A DNA stretch of 64,000 nucleotides from a bacterium (GTDB lineage Bacteria; UBA8248). This document shows positions 36,143-47,934 of this stretch, piece by piece. A model generated the notes under the pieces. It did no database searches and had not been told where the DNA came from. It worked only from the letters and a program-made list of their open reading frames with translations. The translations under genes and the position numbers were made by a program. Location of the stretch: contig CBDBZY010000031.1 in NCBI GenBank assembly GCA_965213685.1, positions 192,001 through 256,000 of the forward strand. The letters run 5' to 3'. How positions within the stretch are numbered: the first letter of the stretch is position 1; the number at the start of each line of letters is the position of its first letter.

Positions 36143-37285
36143 TTATCTTTTCGTTCCCGACCCGAACACCTCGATGAATTCCGCTTTCCACTTCTTCACG
36201 TCCGCCGGCGTCACCTTGCTCCAGTCGGTCGGGATGACGTTGATCTTGTCGATGGGAGGCGCGATGCCGTCTTTCGCCAGGATGAGCTTGTTGATCTGCG
36301 GATCCTTGTGCGGCGGAAGCGGCCTGCCGGAATTCAGCGGATTATAATTGAGGAGCATGTGATGCCCGCGCACGCTCCGCCAGTAATCGACGAAAAGTTT
36401 CGCCATGTTGGGATGCTTCGCCTTCGCCATGATCACGGAGCCGATGGGAAGCGCCACCACCCCCTCTTTGGGGTAGATGGGGTCCATCCGCACGCCGGCC
36501 TTCTTCGCAATCCAGTTGTGCCTGGCCATGATCGTCGTTCCGAGCCAGTACTCCCCCGCCATGATGGAGCGCCGCTGTGCCGACCCTCTCGCCATGACGC
36601 CCGCCTTCTCGCTGCTCAGTTTCAGGAAATAACTCTTCGGCAAACGCTCGCGAAGGCCCTTGTACCAAAGCGTATACGTCTCGGACGGCCTCGCGTCGCC
36701 GACCAGCACCTTTCCCCGGAACTCCGGCCTCAGCAAGTCATACCAACTGGTCAGCTTGACGTCGCCCGCCAAGTCCCGATTGACGGCCATGGTGTTGATT
36801 TGCGCATCGGCCACCCAATAGCCGCCGCCGTTCATGTTCGCCTTCTCCGCCAGATTGTAATACTTGTCCTCCGGCGAGACGTATTTCATCAGGTTTCCGC
36901 GACGCTTCATCGAGTGCAGCCAGGAGGCGGCCGCCAGCACGACCACGTCGACGGAGAGCTTGTTGGCCTTGATTTCCTGCTCGAAACGCTTGATGAGCGT
37001 CCCGGAGCGCCTGTTGGCGAAACGGAATCTCACCTTCGGCAGTCCGTAGAGTTTTTTGAAGTCCTTCTCCATCGCCTTGGCCGCTTTTACGGGCGCAAGG
37101 TTCGTGGCCCAGGAAAAGGCCCCCTCTTTTCTGGCGCCCCGAATCAGCTTCTCGACGCGGGCTTTCTCCGCACCCTTCAACCCTTTCAAGATGGGCACCT
37201 CCGCGGCGTGGGCGGCCCCGCCCAGTGCGAACGCGCCTGCCAGCAACCCTGCCGTTACCCACAAGAAACTCGCCCTTTTTTTCAT
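36143..37285 (-). CDS. ABC transporter substrate-binding protein (AfuA/FbpA-like)
   Basis: Signal peptide ending AHA; SWYDLLRPEFRGK, YPKEG, AKHPNMAKLF. Confidence 0.88.
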   Translation of the reverse strand: MKKRASFLWVTAGLLAGAFALGGAAHAAEVPILKGLKGAEKARVEKLIRGARKEGAFSWATNLAPVKAAKAMEKDFKKLYGLPKVRFRFANRRSGTLIKRFEQEIKANKLSVDVVVLAAASWLHSMKRRGNLMKYVSPEDKYYNLAEKANMNGGGYWVADAQINTMAVNRDLAGDVKLTSWYDLLRPEFRGKVLVGDARPSETYTLWYKGLRERLPKSYFLKLSSEKAGVMARGSAQRRSIMAGEYWLGTTIMARHNWIAKKAGVRMDPIYPKEGVVALPIGSVIMAKAKHPNMAKLFVDYWRSVRGHHMLLNYNPLNSGRPLPPHKDPQINKLILAKDGIAPPIDKINVIPTDWSKVTPADVKKWKAEFIEVFGSGTKR

Positions 37286-37362
37286 ACGCCCTTCTCCCCA
37301 TAGAATACGTCTGGAAAAAACCGGCTCCGGCGGGGGAGGCGCATGCGGCGCGCCCCTCCCCT

Positions 37363-38457
37363 CTAATCGCTCAATACCACGCACCTCGAAGGAGATATGG
37401 TCATGGTGACGGGATGACCCATCCGAATCTCCGCATCGCCGCGAACGTGCACCCTCAACTCCAGGCTGCCCGATTGGATCAGGCAATCCCAGGATTGCCC
37501 CAGATAAACGGCGTCGCTCACCCGGCCCCTGAGAACGTTCGTATCGTTCGACCCATCCTCCGCGAATTCGATGTATTCCGGCCGCACGGTGACCAGCAGA
37601 TCGGAACCGACCGGAATCTCGCGCTCGATTCCCTTCGCGCACAGGATTTTCGATTCCAGGGACGGCACCTCCACCCAAAGCCCCTCGCCGCCCTCCCTTT
37701 CGCCGGCCTTGCCTTCGAGGATGTTCGTCACGCCGATGAAATCGGCGACGAAACTGTTGGCCGGCTCGTTGTATGTGGCGTGCGGGTCCCCTTCCTGTTG
37801 TATCCTTCCATCCTTCATGACGATGATCCGGTCGCTCATCACCATGGCTTCGGCCTGATCGTGGGTCACGTAAATCGCCGTCAACTTGAGTTCCTTGATC
37901 AAGCCCGCCAACTCGACCCGCATGCGTTCGCGCAACTTCGCGTCGAGGTTGCTCAGCGGCTCGTCGAAAAGAAGAACGCGGGGGTTGTAGGCCAACGCGC
38001 GGGCAAGGGACACCCTCTGCTGCTGGCCGCCGGAGAGTTTGGTGGCGTTTCTCCCGCCCAGGCCGCTCAGGCCGACGAGTTCGAGGGCCTTGTCGACCTT
38101 TGCGCTCACCTCTGCGCGATTCGCCCCCTGGGCCTGGATGCCATAAGCCACGTTCTCGGAGACCGACATGTGGGGCCATATCGCATACGACTGAAACACC
38201 ATGCCGAGCCGCCGCTTCTCGGGCGGAAGGCAAACGCCCTCGCGGCTCGAAGTGAATACCTCGTTCGCGATGAGAATATCTCCCTCATCAGGCGTCTCGA
38301 GCCCCGCGATGCAGCGCAGCGTCGTCGTCTTCCCGCATCCGCTGGGGCCCAGCAGGGTCACGAACTCCCCCTCGCCCACGGTAAAGCTGACGCGATCCAC
38401 CGCCAGGGTCTCGGAACCGAAGCGTTTCACCAAGTTCTTGACGACCACTTCCGCCAT
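37363..38457 (-). CDS. ABC transporter ATP-binding protein (PotA/FbpC type)
   Basis: GPSGCGKT, LSGGQQQR, DEPLSNLD, YVTHDQ, C-terminal TOBE-like region. Confidence 0.95.
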   Translation of the reverse strand: MAEVVVKNLVKRFGSETLAVDRVSFTVGEGEFVTLLGPSGCGKTTTLRCIAGLETPDEGDILIANEVFTSSREGVCLPPEKRRLGMVFQSYAIWPHMSVSENVAYGIQAQGANRAEVSAKVDKALELVGLSGLGGRNATKLSGGQQQRVSLARALAYNPRVLLFDEPLSNLDAKLRERMRVELAGLIKELKLTAIYVTHDQAEAMVMSDRIIVMKDGRIQQEGDPHATYNEPANSFVADFIGVTNILEGKAGEREGGEGLWVEVPSLESKILCAKGIEREIPVGSDLLVTVRPEYIEFAEDGSNDTNVLRGRVSDAVYLGQSWDCLIQSGSLELRVHVRGDAEIRMGHPVTMTISPSRCVVLSD

Positions 38458-38580
38458 GTCAAAACCCCGCCATGCGCGTGCCGTTCATGTAAGGATACGC
38501 CTCCATGATACCGCCATATACGCCAGGCGGGAAAGCTCCGCCGCCCTCCCATCCGCGGAATGGCCCATCGGCGCGTTCGG

Positions 38581-40257
38581 CTAGGCGCGTTCGTGCGGTG
38601 TGAGATGAAACCCCTCGTATCCCGCCTCGACGATTTCCGCGCACCTTCTCGCATAGACGTCGAAGCCCGCGATGTAGGGCATGAACACCCGGGGCTTGCC
38701 GGGTATGTTCGCCCCCAGATACCACGAGGCGCAGCGGTAGCGCAGCGTTTTCGCGGCCTCCTCGTTGTTGTGCGCCACCCAGGCGTCCTCCGCCTCCGCG
38801 GACGCCTCGATGCCCGCCAGGCCCCGCGCGCGCAAGAAAGCGAGGCACGCGCCGATCCACTCGACGTGATGGTCTATGGAGGTTTGCATGTTCGTCAGCA
38901 CCGAGGGGCTTCCGGGACCCGTGATGGTGAACAGGTTCGGGAACCCCGCCGTCATGAGGCCCAGATAGGTGCGGGGGCCCTCCCTCCATTTGTCCCGCAA
39001 GGTCTGTCCGGCGCGGCCCCGGATGTCCATTTTCAGCAGCGCCCCCGTCATGGCGTCAAACCCCGTGGCCAGGATGAGCACGTCCACCTCGTGCAGCACC
39101 CCCGCCGCCGCCACCCCTCCCGGCGCTATCCGCTCGATGGGGGAGCCGCTCACGTCGATCAGGCGGACGTTCGGGCGGTTGTAGGTTTCGTAATATCCCG
39201 TGTCCACGCAAAGGCGCTTGCATCCCAGCACCGTGTCGGGGCAAAGCAGCTCCGCGGTCTTCGGGTCGTTCACGATTTGCCGAATCTTGTTGCGGACGAA
39301 CTCGCCCGCCGTCCGGTTCGCCTCCGCACTGAAGGGCAAATCCGTGAAGGCGGCGAGGAAGGGCAGTCCCCCGTGTGCCCAGCGTCTTTCATATTCGCGC
39401 TCGCGTTCCGCCTCGTCAACCTCCAGGGCCGCCTTGTCGTTGTACGTCTGGTAGAAGCCCGCGGGCAGCCGCCGGGCCCTCTCGCGCATCTGCGCGTAAT
39501 CCGCCTTCACCTCGCGCAGCCGCCCGGCGTCCAGCGGGCCGTTGTGCGCCGGCACCGCATAGTTCGGCGTCCTCTGGAACACGAGCAGCCGCGCCGCCTG
39601 GCGCGCGATGACCGGGATGGCCTGGATGGCCGACGAACCCGTGCCGATGATCCCCACCCGCCGGCCCGAGAAGTCCACCTCCTCGTGGGGCCAGAGGCCG
39701 GTGTGCAAAACGGGGCCCTCAAAGGCGTCGAGACCCTCGAAGGCGGGCAGGTTGGGGGAGGAGAGGCACCCGGTGGCCATCACGCAGAAGGTCGCCGAAA
39801 CCCGCGCGCCCCCCTCGGTCTCGACGACCCAGTGGCCCGCCTCCTCGTCAAAGACGGCGGAGGCGACGCGCGCGCGGAAAACGATGTCGCGCCGCAAGTC
39901 GAAGCGCTCGGCCACGTGGCGGACGTAGCGCAGAATTTCCGGCTGGCTCGCGTAGCGCTCGCTCCAGTCCCATTCCTGCTGGAGTTCGTCGGAGAACTGG
40001 TAGGAATACTGGACGCTCTCCGTGTCGCAGCGCGCCCCCGGGTAGCGGTTCCAGTACCAGGTGCCGCCCACGTCGCCCCCCGCCTCGTAGATGCGCGCCG
40101 AGAAGCCCAGCGACCGCAGCCGGTAGAGCATGAAAAGACCGGAGAAACCGGCGCCCACGATGAGGACGTCGAGGTCCGCGCGCGCATCGTCCTTCAAGTC
40201 GGGGTTCCTTTCGCGGCGTTCGTTTTTTCGGGTGGCGTTTTTGCTCCGGGGAATCAT
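38581..40257 (-). CDS. Baeyer-Villiger monooxygenase (cyclohexanone monooxygenase family)
   Basis: GAGFSG, GGTWYWNRYPG, fingerprint FEGPVLHTGLWP, GTGSSA, ATGFDA; start may be TTG 40197. Confidence 0.93.
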   Translation of the reverse strand: MIPRSKNATRKNERRERNPDLKDDARADLDVLIVGAGFSGLFMLYRLRSLGFSARIYEAGGDVGGTWYWNRYPGARCDTESVQYSYQFSDELQQEWDWSERYASQPEILRYVRHVAERFDLRRDIVFRARVASAVFDEEAGHWVVETEGGARVSATFCVMATGCLSSPNLPAFEGLDAFEGPVLHTGLWPHEEVDFSGRRVGIIGTGSSAIQAIPVIARQAARLLVFQRTPNYAVPAHNGPLDAGRLREVKADYAQMRERARRLPAGFYQTYNDKAALEVDEAEREREYERRWAHGGLPFLAAFTDLPFSAEANRTAGEFVRNKIRQIVNDPKTAELLCPDTVLGCKRLCVDTGYYETYNRPNVRLIDVSGSPIERIAPGGVAAAGVLHEVDVLILATGFDAMTGALLKMDIRGRAGQTLRDKWREGPRTYLGLMTAGFPNLFTITGPGSPSVLTNMQTSIDHHVEWIGACLAFLRARGLAGIEASAEAEDAWVAHNNEEAAKTLRYRCASWYLGANIPGKPRVFMPYIAGFDVYARRCAEIVEAGYEGFHLTPHERA

Positions 40258-40421
40258 CGCATATTTTCGGGCGTCTTGCGATGGACGCCGCCGCCCCCGC
40301 CCGCTCCCTGCGTTCGCCGTTGCGAAAACGGGACATCCCCCATAGGATGCGGGAGCCGCCCGGACACAGCGGCCCGCCGCCCCGGCGGGCGGAAACAGGA
40401 GCGGAAGCGAAAGGATACGCC

Positions 40422-42740
40422 ATGGGAGACAAGGCCGAGGCATTTCGCCTCGAGGAGGCGACCATCGAGGAGCTGCACGCCGCGATTCGCGCCGGGCGCA
40501 CGACCTGCGTGGAGGTGGTCGAGGGCTACATCGCGCGCGTCCGCGCCTATAACGGCGTCGCCAGCATGCTCGTCACCGAGGACGGCGCGCCGGTTCCCGA
40601 GGCCCGGGGCACCATGCGGGGGGGTTCGCCGCTGCGCTTCCCGACGCGGACCGTCCGGGCCGCCGACGTGCTGCCCGACCTGGACAAGTATCGGGGGCCG
40701 CCCCTGGAGTTCGGGCGCATGGAGGACACCGCCTCGGACCCCGACGTCCAGCAGCAGTACGGCATGATCGTCGGCATCCCCGACGCGGGGCAGGTCAACG
40801 CCCTCGCCACCCTCAACATTCGCGGCGAGCGCTCCGTCACCTGCCGGGGGAGTTTCGACAGGCATCCCGACGAGGGCCCGCTGCCGCCGGGTGCGCCGCC
40901 CGTCTGCGAGGCGTTTCGCCGCCACCCCGACGCACGCGAGCGCGCGGCGGCACTCGACGCGGAATACGGCGCGAACCCGGACGCCGAAAAAATGCCGATG
41001 CACGGCGTGGTCTTCTCCTTCAAGGACCCCTTCGACACCAAGGACATGCGCTCCACGGGCGGCGGCGACGCCCGCTACGACATCGATTTTCCGGCGCGCG
41101 ACCACATCCTCGTCGAGCAGCTCCGCAACAAGGGCGCCATCATCTTCGCCAAGGCCGTCAGCACGGAATACAACGGGCGCGCAGGCGACCCGGGCGGGCG
41201 GCACGCACCGGAGAAGGCGCTGCCCTCCGTGCTGGGCTACCAGCGCAGCTCGTGGGGCGGGAACCCCTCGAACCCCTACGACACGACGCGCGCCGCCTCG
41301 CTCGGCTCCAGCTCCGGCTCCGCCCTCTCGGTGAGCACCAACATGGTGATGGCGAGCCTGGGCGAGGAGACGCGGGCCTCCTGCCGGGGACCCTCCAACC
41401 ACAACGCCGTCGCGCTGATTCTGCCGCACAAGGCGATGCTCGGCTTCGACGGCGGCGCCATCGGGGCGGACATCTACTGCGACAGAAGCGGCGTCATCGC
41501 CAGAACCATCGGCGATTGCGCCAGGATACTCGACGCCCTGAAAGACCCGGAGAACGGCTACTACGACCCGCGCGACCCGTTCACGACCGTGCCGCGCTCC
41601 TCCGTCCTGGAAACGCCCTATGCGACGCACGCGAGGACGGGCGGTGCGGCGGGCGCGCTCCGGGGAGTGCGCATCGGGATCATCCGCGAGTCCATGGTGT
41701 ATCCGCCGGGCTCCAAATCAGAGGAGCCCATCGTCAGGGCGGCGGCGCGCGAGATCAAGACCGTCCTCGGCGGGAAGCTCGGGGCGACGCTCCTCGAATC
41801 CACCGACCCGCTCTGGAGGAGCGACCCTGAAATCGAGACGATGAAGACGGACTTCCGGCGCGCCCTCGCGAGGCTCGTCCCCGTGTTCATGCCCGACATC
41901 ATGTTCCGGCTCACGCCCGGGGGGGCGCCCCTCTTTCCGGAATTCGCGGACGCCGTCGTCCCCACCGAGTTCGCCCCCGGCAAAACCTTCGGCGGCGGGA
42001 GCATGCAGCCCATCGACTACATGCTCGACATGGCGGAGGGCAGAATCGAGCCGCCCGCGGGCCTCGACCTCGCCGCCGTGCAGCAGCAGGAACTCGCCAT
42101 GACGTTTCGCTACCACATCCATCAATACCTCTCGCGCCGCGCCGAGGACTGGAAGGCGCGCGGATTCACCGAGACCATCACCGGGTTCGCCGAGCTGAAC
42201 GCGCGCTCGAAATTCTGGGGCGACGACCAGCGCGCCGCCTTCCGGAACTGGGAGGAGGTGACCGACCCGCGCAACCCGCTCGGGAGCCGGCAGGGGGTGA
42301 ACGAGCGCATCATGCTGCGGGAGCTCCTGCGCCGCGTGGACATGATGGTGCTCCTCGAAAACAGGCTGGACGCCCTCGTGCGGCTGCACACGCCGCTTCC
42401 GCCCGCCATCATCGGCGGCGCGAGCCAGCCGGGGCTGCTGCTGAACTCGCGGCCCGAGTCGCAGAGCGGGCCGAACGCCGGCCTGACCGAGGTGCTCGTG
42501 CCGGCGGGCTACGTCCGCACGACCTACGACCCCGCGTTCGAGCTCAGCGCAGACGGGACCCGGTTCGTGTCCGCTCCCAACGATGAGGCCACCGCCGTAC
42601 CGGAGCCGGGATTGCCGTTTTCCCTGGTCTTTCGCGCCGAACCCGGCAAGGAGGACGTGCTCCTGCGCGTCGCCTCCGCGTATGAGGCGGCGTCGAGGCG
42701 CCGCATCCCGCCGCCTGATTTCGGCCCGCTCCCGGACTAG
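40422..42740 (+). CDS. Amidase signature family protein (large, about 770 aa)
   Basis: FKD, GSSSGS, GEETRASCRGPS (Lys-Ser-Ser triad); AAGGA RBS. Confidence 0.9.
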   Translation: MGDKAEAFRLEEATIEELHAAIRAGRTTCVEVVEGYIARVRAYNGVASMLVTEDGAPVPEARGTMRGGSPLRFPTRTVRAADVLPDLDKYRGPPLEFGRMEDTASDPDVQQQYGMIVGIPDAGQVNALATLNIRGERSVTCRGSFDRHPDEGPLPPGAPPVCEAFRRHPDARERAAALDAEYGANPDAEKMPMHGVVFSFKDPFDTKDMRSTGGGDARYDIDFPARDHILVEQLRNKGAIIFAKAVSTEYNGRAGDPGGRHAPEKALPSVLGYQRSSWGGNPSNPYDTTRAASLGSSSGSALSVSTNMVMASLGEETRASCRGPSNHNAVALILPHKAMLGFDGGAIGADIYCDRSGVIARTIGDCARILDALKDPENGYYDPRDPFTTVPRSSVLETPYATHARTGGAAGALRGVRIGIIRESMVYPPGSKSEEPIVRAAAREIKTVLGGKLGATLLESTDPLWRSDPEIETMKTDFRRALARLVPVFMPDIMFRLTPGGAPLFPEFADAVVPTEFAPGKTFGGGSMQPIDYMLDMAEGRIEPPAGLDLAAVQQQELAMTFRYHIHQYLSRRAEDWKARGFTETITGFAELNARSKFWGDDQRAAFRNWEEVTDPRNPLGSRQGVNERIMLRELLRRVDMMVLLENRLDALVRLHTPLPPAIIGGASQPGLLLNSRPESQSGPNAGLTEVLVPAGYVRTTYDPAFELSADGTRFVSAPNDEATAVPEPGLPFSLVFRAEPGKEDVLLRVASAYEAASRRRIPPPDFGPLPD

Positions 42741-42843
42741 GCGCACCGCGCGCGCTTCCCGGAAGTTGCGGCCGCCCGCAGGGTTCGCCCGCGCGCGCCG
42801 GTTTTTCTGGGGGGAGGGGCCCGCAGCCTCCCTTCGCCGGCGC

Positions 42844-43703
42844 CTAGAATTTTCGCAGGCGCACCGCCTCCCGGCCGAAGAGCGCTTTTCTGGCGAGGCT
42901 CCAGACCGCAAAAGCGGTTTTCCTCAAAATCTCGGGCGAGGCCGCCAGCCAGCGGACCAGCACGCCCGGGCCGGCGAGGAGCGCGCATCCGCCGGCCAGC
43001 CCCGCCCCCCGCGCCAGCAGCGCGTCCACCTCCTCGGCGAGGAGGCGGAGCAGGCCCGCATCCTCGCCGCCGGCCACATAGAAACAACCCAGATACGGGT
43101 GCGGCTCGAACAGTCCCAGGCGCTCAGGGTCCGATTCCTGCGGATTCACGCGCATCGCGTCATGGAGGAGGGGGGCGCCGTCATACTCGATGCGCAGCCC
43201 CAGGGACAGGGAGGAATAATCAAACCGCTCGCCCGAGGCTACCCGTCCATGATACAGCGACTCCCCGTAGAGGAGCTTCGCGCCCGCGGCCATGCGGATT
43301 TCCGTCTCCTGCGCGTAGATGGAGCCCTTGTAGGGAATGATGGGGTCGGGCAAAAACTCGAGGCCGCATCCCCCGCCCATCTCGATATGCGTGGTCGAGA
43401 CCACCGGCTCGCCCAGGCTTCTGTAGATTTTCGTGGCGCCCTGTGTCGTCCACAAAACGCGCGTCCCCGCGCCGAGGGCGACCTCCACCTCCAGGCGGTC
43501 TCCGCCCACATGCCCGCCCGTGGGGTTGACGAGCGTCATGTGGGCCGGCTCCCCCCCCTCGGGATAGAGGGGCCGAATCAGCTGCAGGGGCACGCGGAAG
43601 AAAGAATCCCGGAGGCGCGTCCTGCCCCGCGCGCACTCGAACCGCGCGAAGGCGACGCCGTGCCGCCCCACGTTCGCGGGGACGGGCGCGCCGGGCTGCG
43701 CCA

Positions 43704-43704
<1 letters not shown>
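42844..43704 (-). CDS. ureD: Urease accessory protein UreD
   Basis: NPTGGHVGGD, TTQGATKIYRS, LPDPIIP, GRVASGERF; TGATG coupling to ureG. Confidence 0.92.
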
Positions 43705-44327
<623 letters not shown>

Positions 44328-44336
44328 CCTCCCCCA

Positions 44337-45017
44337 TCAAGAGACGAACAGGCGCGAGTACAGCCTCTGGTGGGCCATGGCGCGAATCTCGTGTCCGGCG
44401 CCCAACGAATGCGCGTCATCGAGCGGAAGCGCCAGGGCGCGCTCCACCGCAGCCTGCGCCTCGCCCTCCAGGTTCGAGACGACGCGCTGGCCCTCCGTCT
44501 GCCCGAGCGGGATCAGGCGCACGGCGGCGGAGACGAAGCCGGAGACCACGCCATAGCAGAGCGACGCCAGCGCCTCGCCGCAACCGACCCCCAGCGATTG
44601 GGCGACGCAGCCCAGCACCAGGGGGTAATGGGCGGAAGCGCGCCCCACCCTCGCCGCACCTTCCAGACCCTCCAGGAAGGGGTCGTCCACGAAGCCGCGC
44701 GCCGTGAACAAGAACTGGCGGCCCACGCTCCGGCTCCCCTCGCGCAGCGACCGGACGGGCCGGGCGGCGGCGTAGGCGCGATCCAGCCCCACCACGCGGT
44801 CGAGCGCGCCCTCCCGCTTCGCCGCAAAGGCTTCTCGCAGATAGACGCCGTCGAGCGTGGCCACGCCGTGGCGCAAAACGGACGCGACGAACTCCTCCAG
44901 CGCCCCGGCCGAGACGACGCGCTCCTGCTGCACATACGTCTCCAGACCACAGGAGTGGGCGAAGGCGCCGCGCGGAAAAGCGGAATCGGATATCTGCAGG
45001 AGCCGATAGACGCTCAT
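44337..45017 (-). CDS. ureF: Urease accessory protein UreF
   Basis: DSAFP.GAFAHS.GLE, AAVRLIPLGQ, HQRLYSRLF.S. Confidence 0.95.
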   Translation of the reverse strand: MSVYRLLQISDSAFPRGAFAHSCGLETYVQQERVVSAGALEEFVASVLRHGVATLDGVYLREAFAAKREGALDRVVGLDRAYAAARPVRSLREGSRSVGRQFLFTARGFVDDPFLEGLEGAARVGRASAHYPLVLGCVAQSLGVGCGEALASLCYGVVSGFVSAAVRLIPLGQTEGQRVVSNLEGEAQAAVERALALPLDDAHSLGAGHEIRAMAHQRLYSRLFVS

Positions 45018-45020
45018 CTC

Positions 45021-45464
45021 CTAGTGGCGGTGCGCGTGGAAAGCGCCGAAATCGTGCGTGAAGGGCGCTCTCGCTTTCTCACACCGAACGCCCAGCTTCG
45101 AGAAATACGCCTCCAGCACATGGTCATACGGGGTGAGGATGCGCCCATCCTCCACGCAAATCGGCGCGTGGCGGTTTCCCACCTGGTAGCAGAGACGGCC
45201 CATCTCGACCTCCGACTCGGGGTAGAGGGCGAGCAGGTCCTCCGCCACGGCGGAGACGACCACCACGCGCGCATCGTCCTCGAAAAGGACGTCGCCGTCC
45301 CGGAGCGGCCGTCCCGTGGGCAGGGCGACGCCGAGCTCCGTGCCCGCGTCGGAGCGCACCCGCTGGCGGCTCCGGAGCCTGTCCTCCCAGCCCAGGGCCA
45401 CGCACTCGACGCGCCTGTGCTCATCGGCGGATAGCCTGCCCCGGAGCTCTTCGACGAGAATCAT
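45021..45464 (-). CDS. ureE: Urease accessory nickel chaperone UreE
   Basis: LRDGD, GNRH, short His tail HAHRH; GGAG-like RBS region, between ureC and ureF. Confidence 0.9.
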   Translation of the reverse strand: MILVEELRGRLSADEHRRVECVALGWEDRLRSRQRVRSDAGTELGVALPTGRPLRDGDVLFEDDARVVVVSAVAEDLLALYPESEVEMGRLCYQVGNRHAPICVEDGRILTPYDHVLEAYFSKLGVRCEKARAPFTHDFGAFHAHRH

Positions 45465-45472
45465 CGCGTCCC

Positions 45473-47185
45473 CTAGAACAGGAAATACCGCTGGGCCATG
45501 GGCAGCTCCTCCGCCGGTGCGCAGGAGAGAACCGCGCCGTCCGCCTTCACCACGTAGGTTTCGGGGTCCACCTCCATCTCGGGCAGCGCGTCGTTGAGGC
45601 GCATGTCCTTCTTGCCGATAGCGCGGCAACGCGACACCGGCGCGACCATCTTGCGCAAGCCCAGCGCCTCCCCGACGCGCGCGTCGGCCGCCGCCCGCGA
45701 GACGAAGGCGCAGGAAGTAGCGCCCGCCGCCCCGCCCATCGCCCCGAACATGGGACGGCCCAGGACGGGCTGCGGCGTGGGGATGGAGGCGTTGGGGTCG
45801 CCCATCGCCGCGTGGGCGATGAAGCCGCCCTTCACCACCACCTCCGGCTTCGCGCCGAAGAACGCCGGCTTCCAGAGAACCATGTCGGCCATCTTCCCCA
45901 CCTCGATGGAGCCGACGTAATCGGCGATCCCGTGGGCGATCGCCGGGTTGATGGTGTATTTGGCGACATAGCGCCGCGCCCGGAAGTTGTCGTTGTCGCC
46001 CGCCTCCTCGGGCAAGGCGCCGCGCTGCCGCTTCATCTTGTCCGCCGTCTGCCAGGTGCGGATGATCACCTCGCCGACGCGGCCCATCGCCTGGGAGTCG
46101 GAGCCCATCATGCTGAACGCGCCCATGTCGTGGAGAATGTCCTCCGCCGCGATGGTCTCCGCCCGGATTCTCGACTCGGCGAAGGCCACGTCCTCCGGAA
46201 TCCTGCTGTCGAGGTGATGGCACACCATGAGCATGTCGAGGTGCTCGTCCACGGTGTTCACCGTGAAGGGGCGCGTGGGGTTCGTCGAGGAGGGAAGCAC
46301 GTTCGCCTCCCCGCACACGCGGATGATGTCGGGCGCATGGCCGCCGCCCGCCCCCTCCGTGTGGTAGGTGTGGATGGTCCGGCCCCGGAACGCGGCGATG
46401 GACGCCTCGACGAAGCCCGATTCGTTGAGCGTATCGGTATGGATGCACACCTGCACGTCCATCTCGTCCGCCACGCCGAGGCAGCAATCAATCGCCGCGG
46501 GCGTGGTTCCCCAATCCTCATGGAGCTTCAGACCGGCGGCGCCCGCGCGAATCTGCTCCTCCAAAGGCTCCGGACGCGAGGCGTTCCCCTTTCCCAGAAA
46601 GCCCAGGTTCATGGGGTAGGCCTCCGCCGCCTGGAGCATTCTGGCGATGTTCCAGGCCCCCGGGGTGCAGGTGGTGGCGTTCGTGCCCGTGGCGGGCCCG
46701 GTGCCCCCGCCGAACATGGTGGTGACGCCCGAGGCGAGCGCCTCGTCTATCTGCTGGGGGCAGATGAAGTGGATGTGGGTGTCCACTCCGCCCGCGGTGA
46801 GGATCATCCCCTCGCCCGCCAGCACCTCGGTGGCGGCGCCGATGGTCATGTCCACCCCTTCCATGAGATGCGGATTCCCCGACTTGCCGACGCCGGCTAT
46901 TTTCCCGTCCCGGACGCCGACGTCCGCCTTCACCACGCCCCAATGGTCGAGAATCAGGGCGTTGGTGATCAGCAGGTCGACCGCTTCCCCCGCGCGCGTC
47001 TCGGTGGGCGATTGCCCCATGCCGTCCCGGATGACCTTGCCGCCGCCGAACTTCGACTCCTCGCCATAGACGGTACGATCCTCCTCCACCTCGATAAAAA
47101 GCGCGGTGTCCGCAAGCCGCACCCTGTCCCCCACCGTGGGGCCGAACATGTCGGCATAGGCGCGTCTGTCCATCCGAAAAGCCAT
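45473..47185 (-). CDS. ureC: Urease subunit alpha
   Basis: [57 protein letters not shown]. Confidence 0.98.
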   Translation of the reverse strand: MAFRMDRRAYADMFGPTVGDRVRLADTALFIEVEEDRTVYGEESKFGGGKVIRDGMGQSPTETRAGEAVDLLITNALILDHWGVVKADVGVRDGKIAGVGKSGNPHLMEGVDMTIGAATEVLAGEGMILTAGGVDTHIHFICPQQIDEALASGVTTMFGGGTGPATGTNATTCTPGAWNIARMLQAAEAYPMNLGFLGKGNASRPEPLEEQIRAGAAGLKLHEDWGTTPAAIDCCLGVADEMDVQVCIHTDTLNESGFVEASIAAFRGRTIHTYHTEGAGGGHAPDIIRVCGEANVLPSSTNPTRPFTVNTVDEHLDMLMVCHHLDSRIPEDVAFAESRIRAETIAAEDILHDMGAFSMMGSDSQAMGRVGEVIIRTWQTADKMKRQRGALPEEAGDNDNFRARRYVAKYTINPAIAHGIADYVGSIEVGKMADMVLWKPAFFGAKPEVVVKGGFIAHAAMGDPNASIPTPQPVLGRPMFGAMGGAAGATSCAFVSRAAADARVGEALGLRKMVAPVSRCRAIGKKDMRLNDALPEMEVDPETYVVKADGAVLSCAPAEELPMAQRYFLF

Positions 47186-47556
47186 CAGCCCGCCCCCCCA
47201 TAGCCCCCGGCCCGGGCTTTCTCGATGGCCTCCTCCCGCACGACGTCGGAGTCGAGCGCACCCTCCGTCAGCCCGTTCAGCCCCAGGACGGCGCGCGCAC
47301 CGGCGAGAGCGACGAGTCCCACCTCCTTCTCGTCGCCGGGCTCGAAGCGCACGGCCGTTCCCGCCGGTATGTCCAGCCGCATCCCGAAAGCCGCCCTCCT
47401 GTCGAAATCGAGCAGGGGGTTCGCCTCGAAAAAATGAAAGTGCGAGCCGACCTGGATGGGTCGATCCCCCCGGTTCGCCACGAGGAGGGAGGCGGTCTCC
47501 CGCCCCGCGTTCAGAACGATTTCGCCGTCGGCCAACAGATATTCGCCGGGTATCAT
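47185..47556 (-). CDS. ureB: Urease subunit beta
   Basis: [33 protein letters not shown]. Confidence 0.98.
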   Translation of the reverse strand: MIPGEYLLADGEIVLNAGRETASLLVANRGDRPIQVGSHFHFFEANPLLDFDRRAAFGMRLDIPAGTAVRFEPGDEKEVGLVALAGARAVLGLNGLTEGALDSDVVREEAIEKARAGGYGGAG

Positions 47557-47573
47557 GCGCCTCCCCCTCCCCC

Positions 47574-47879
47574 TCAGTCGCGTATCGGGTCGTGCACCGT
47601 GACGAGCTTGGTGCCATCGGGAAACGTGCCCTCCACCTGCACCTCGTGAATCATCTCGGGCACCCCCTCCATGACGTCCTCCCGCGTGAGGATCGCCGCG
47701 CCGTGACGCATCAGCTCGGCGACGGATTTCCCGTCGCGCGCCCCCTCGAGCACCTCGGCCGTGATGATGCTGACGGCTTCGGGGTAGTTGAGCTTCAATC
47801 CGCGCGCCCGGCGCCTCCGCGCCAACTCCGCCGCCAGGAAAACGAGGAGCTTCTCCCGCTCCCTCGGTGTCAAATACAT
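47574..47879 (-). CDS. ureA: Urease subunit gamma
   Basis: [27 protein letters not shown]. Confidence 0.98.
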   Translation of the reverse strand: MYLTPREREKLLVFLAAELARRRRARGLKLNYPEAVSIITAEVLEGARDGKSVAELMRHGAAILTREDVMEGVPEMIHEVQVEGTFPDGTKLVTVHDPIRD

Positions 47880-47934
47880 CGCCTGCCTCCTGGTTGGGCC
47901 TGCCTCCTGGTTGGAAAACCCTCGGGGGGCGGGA

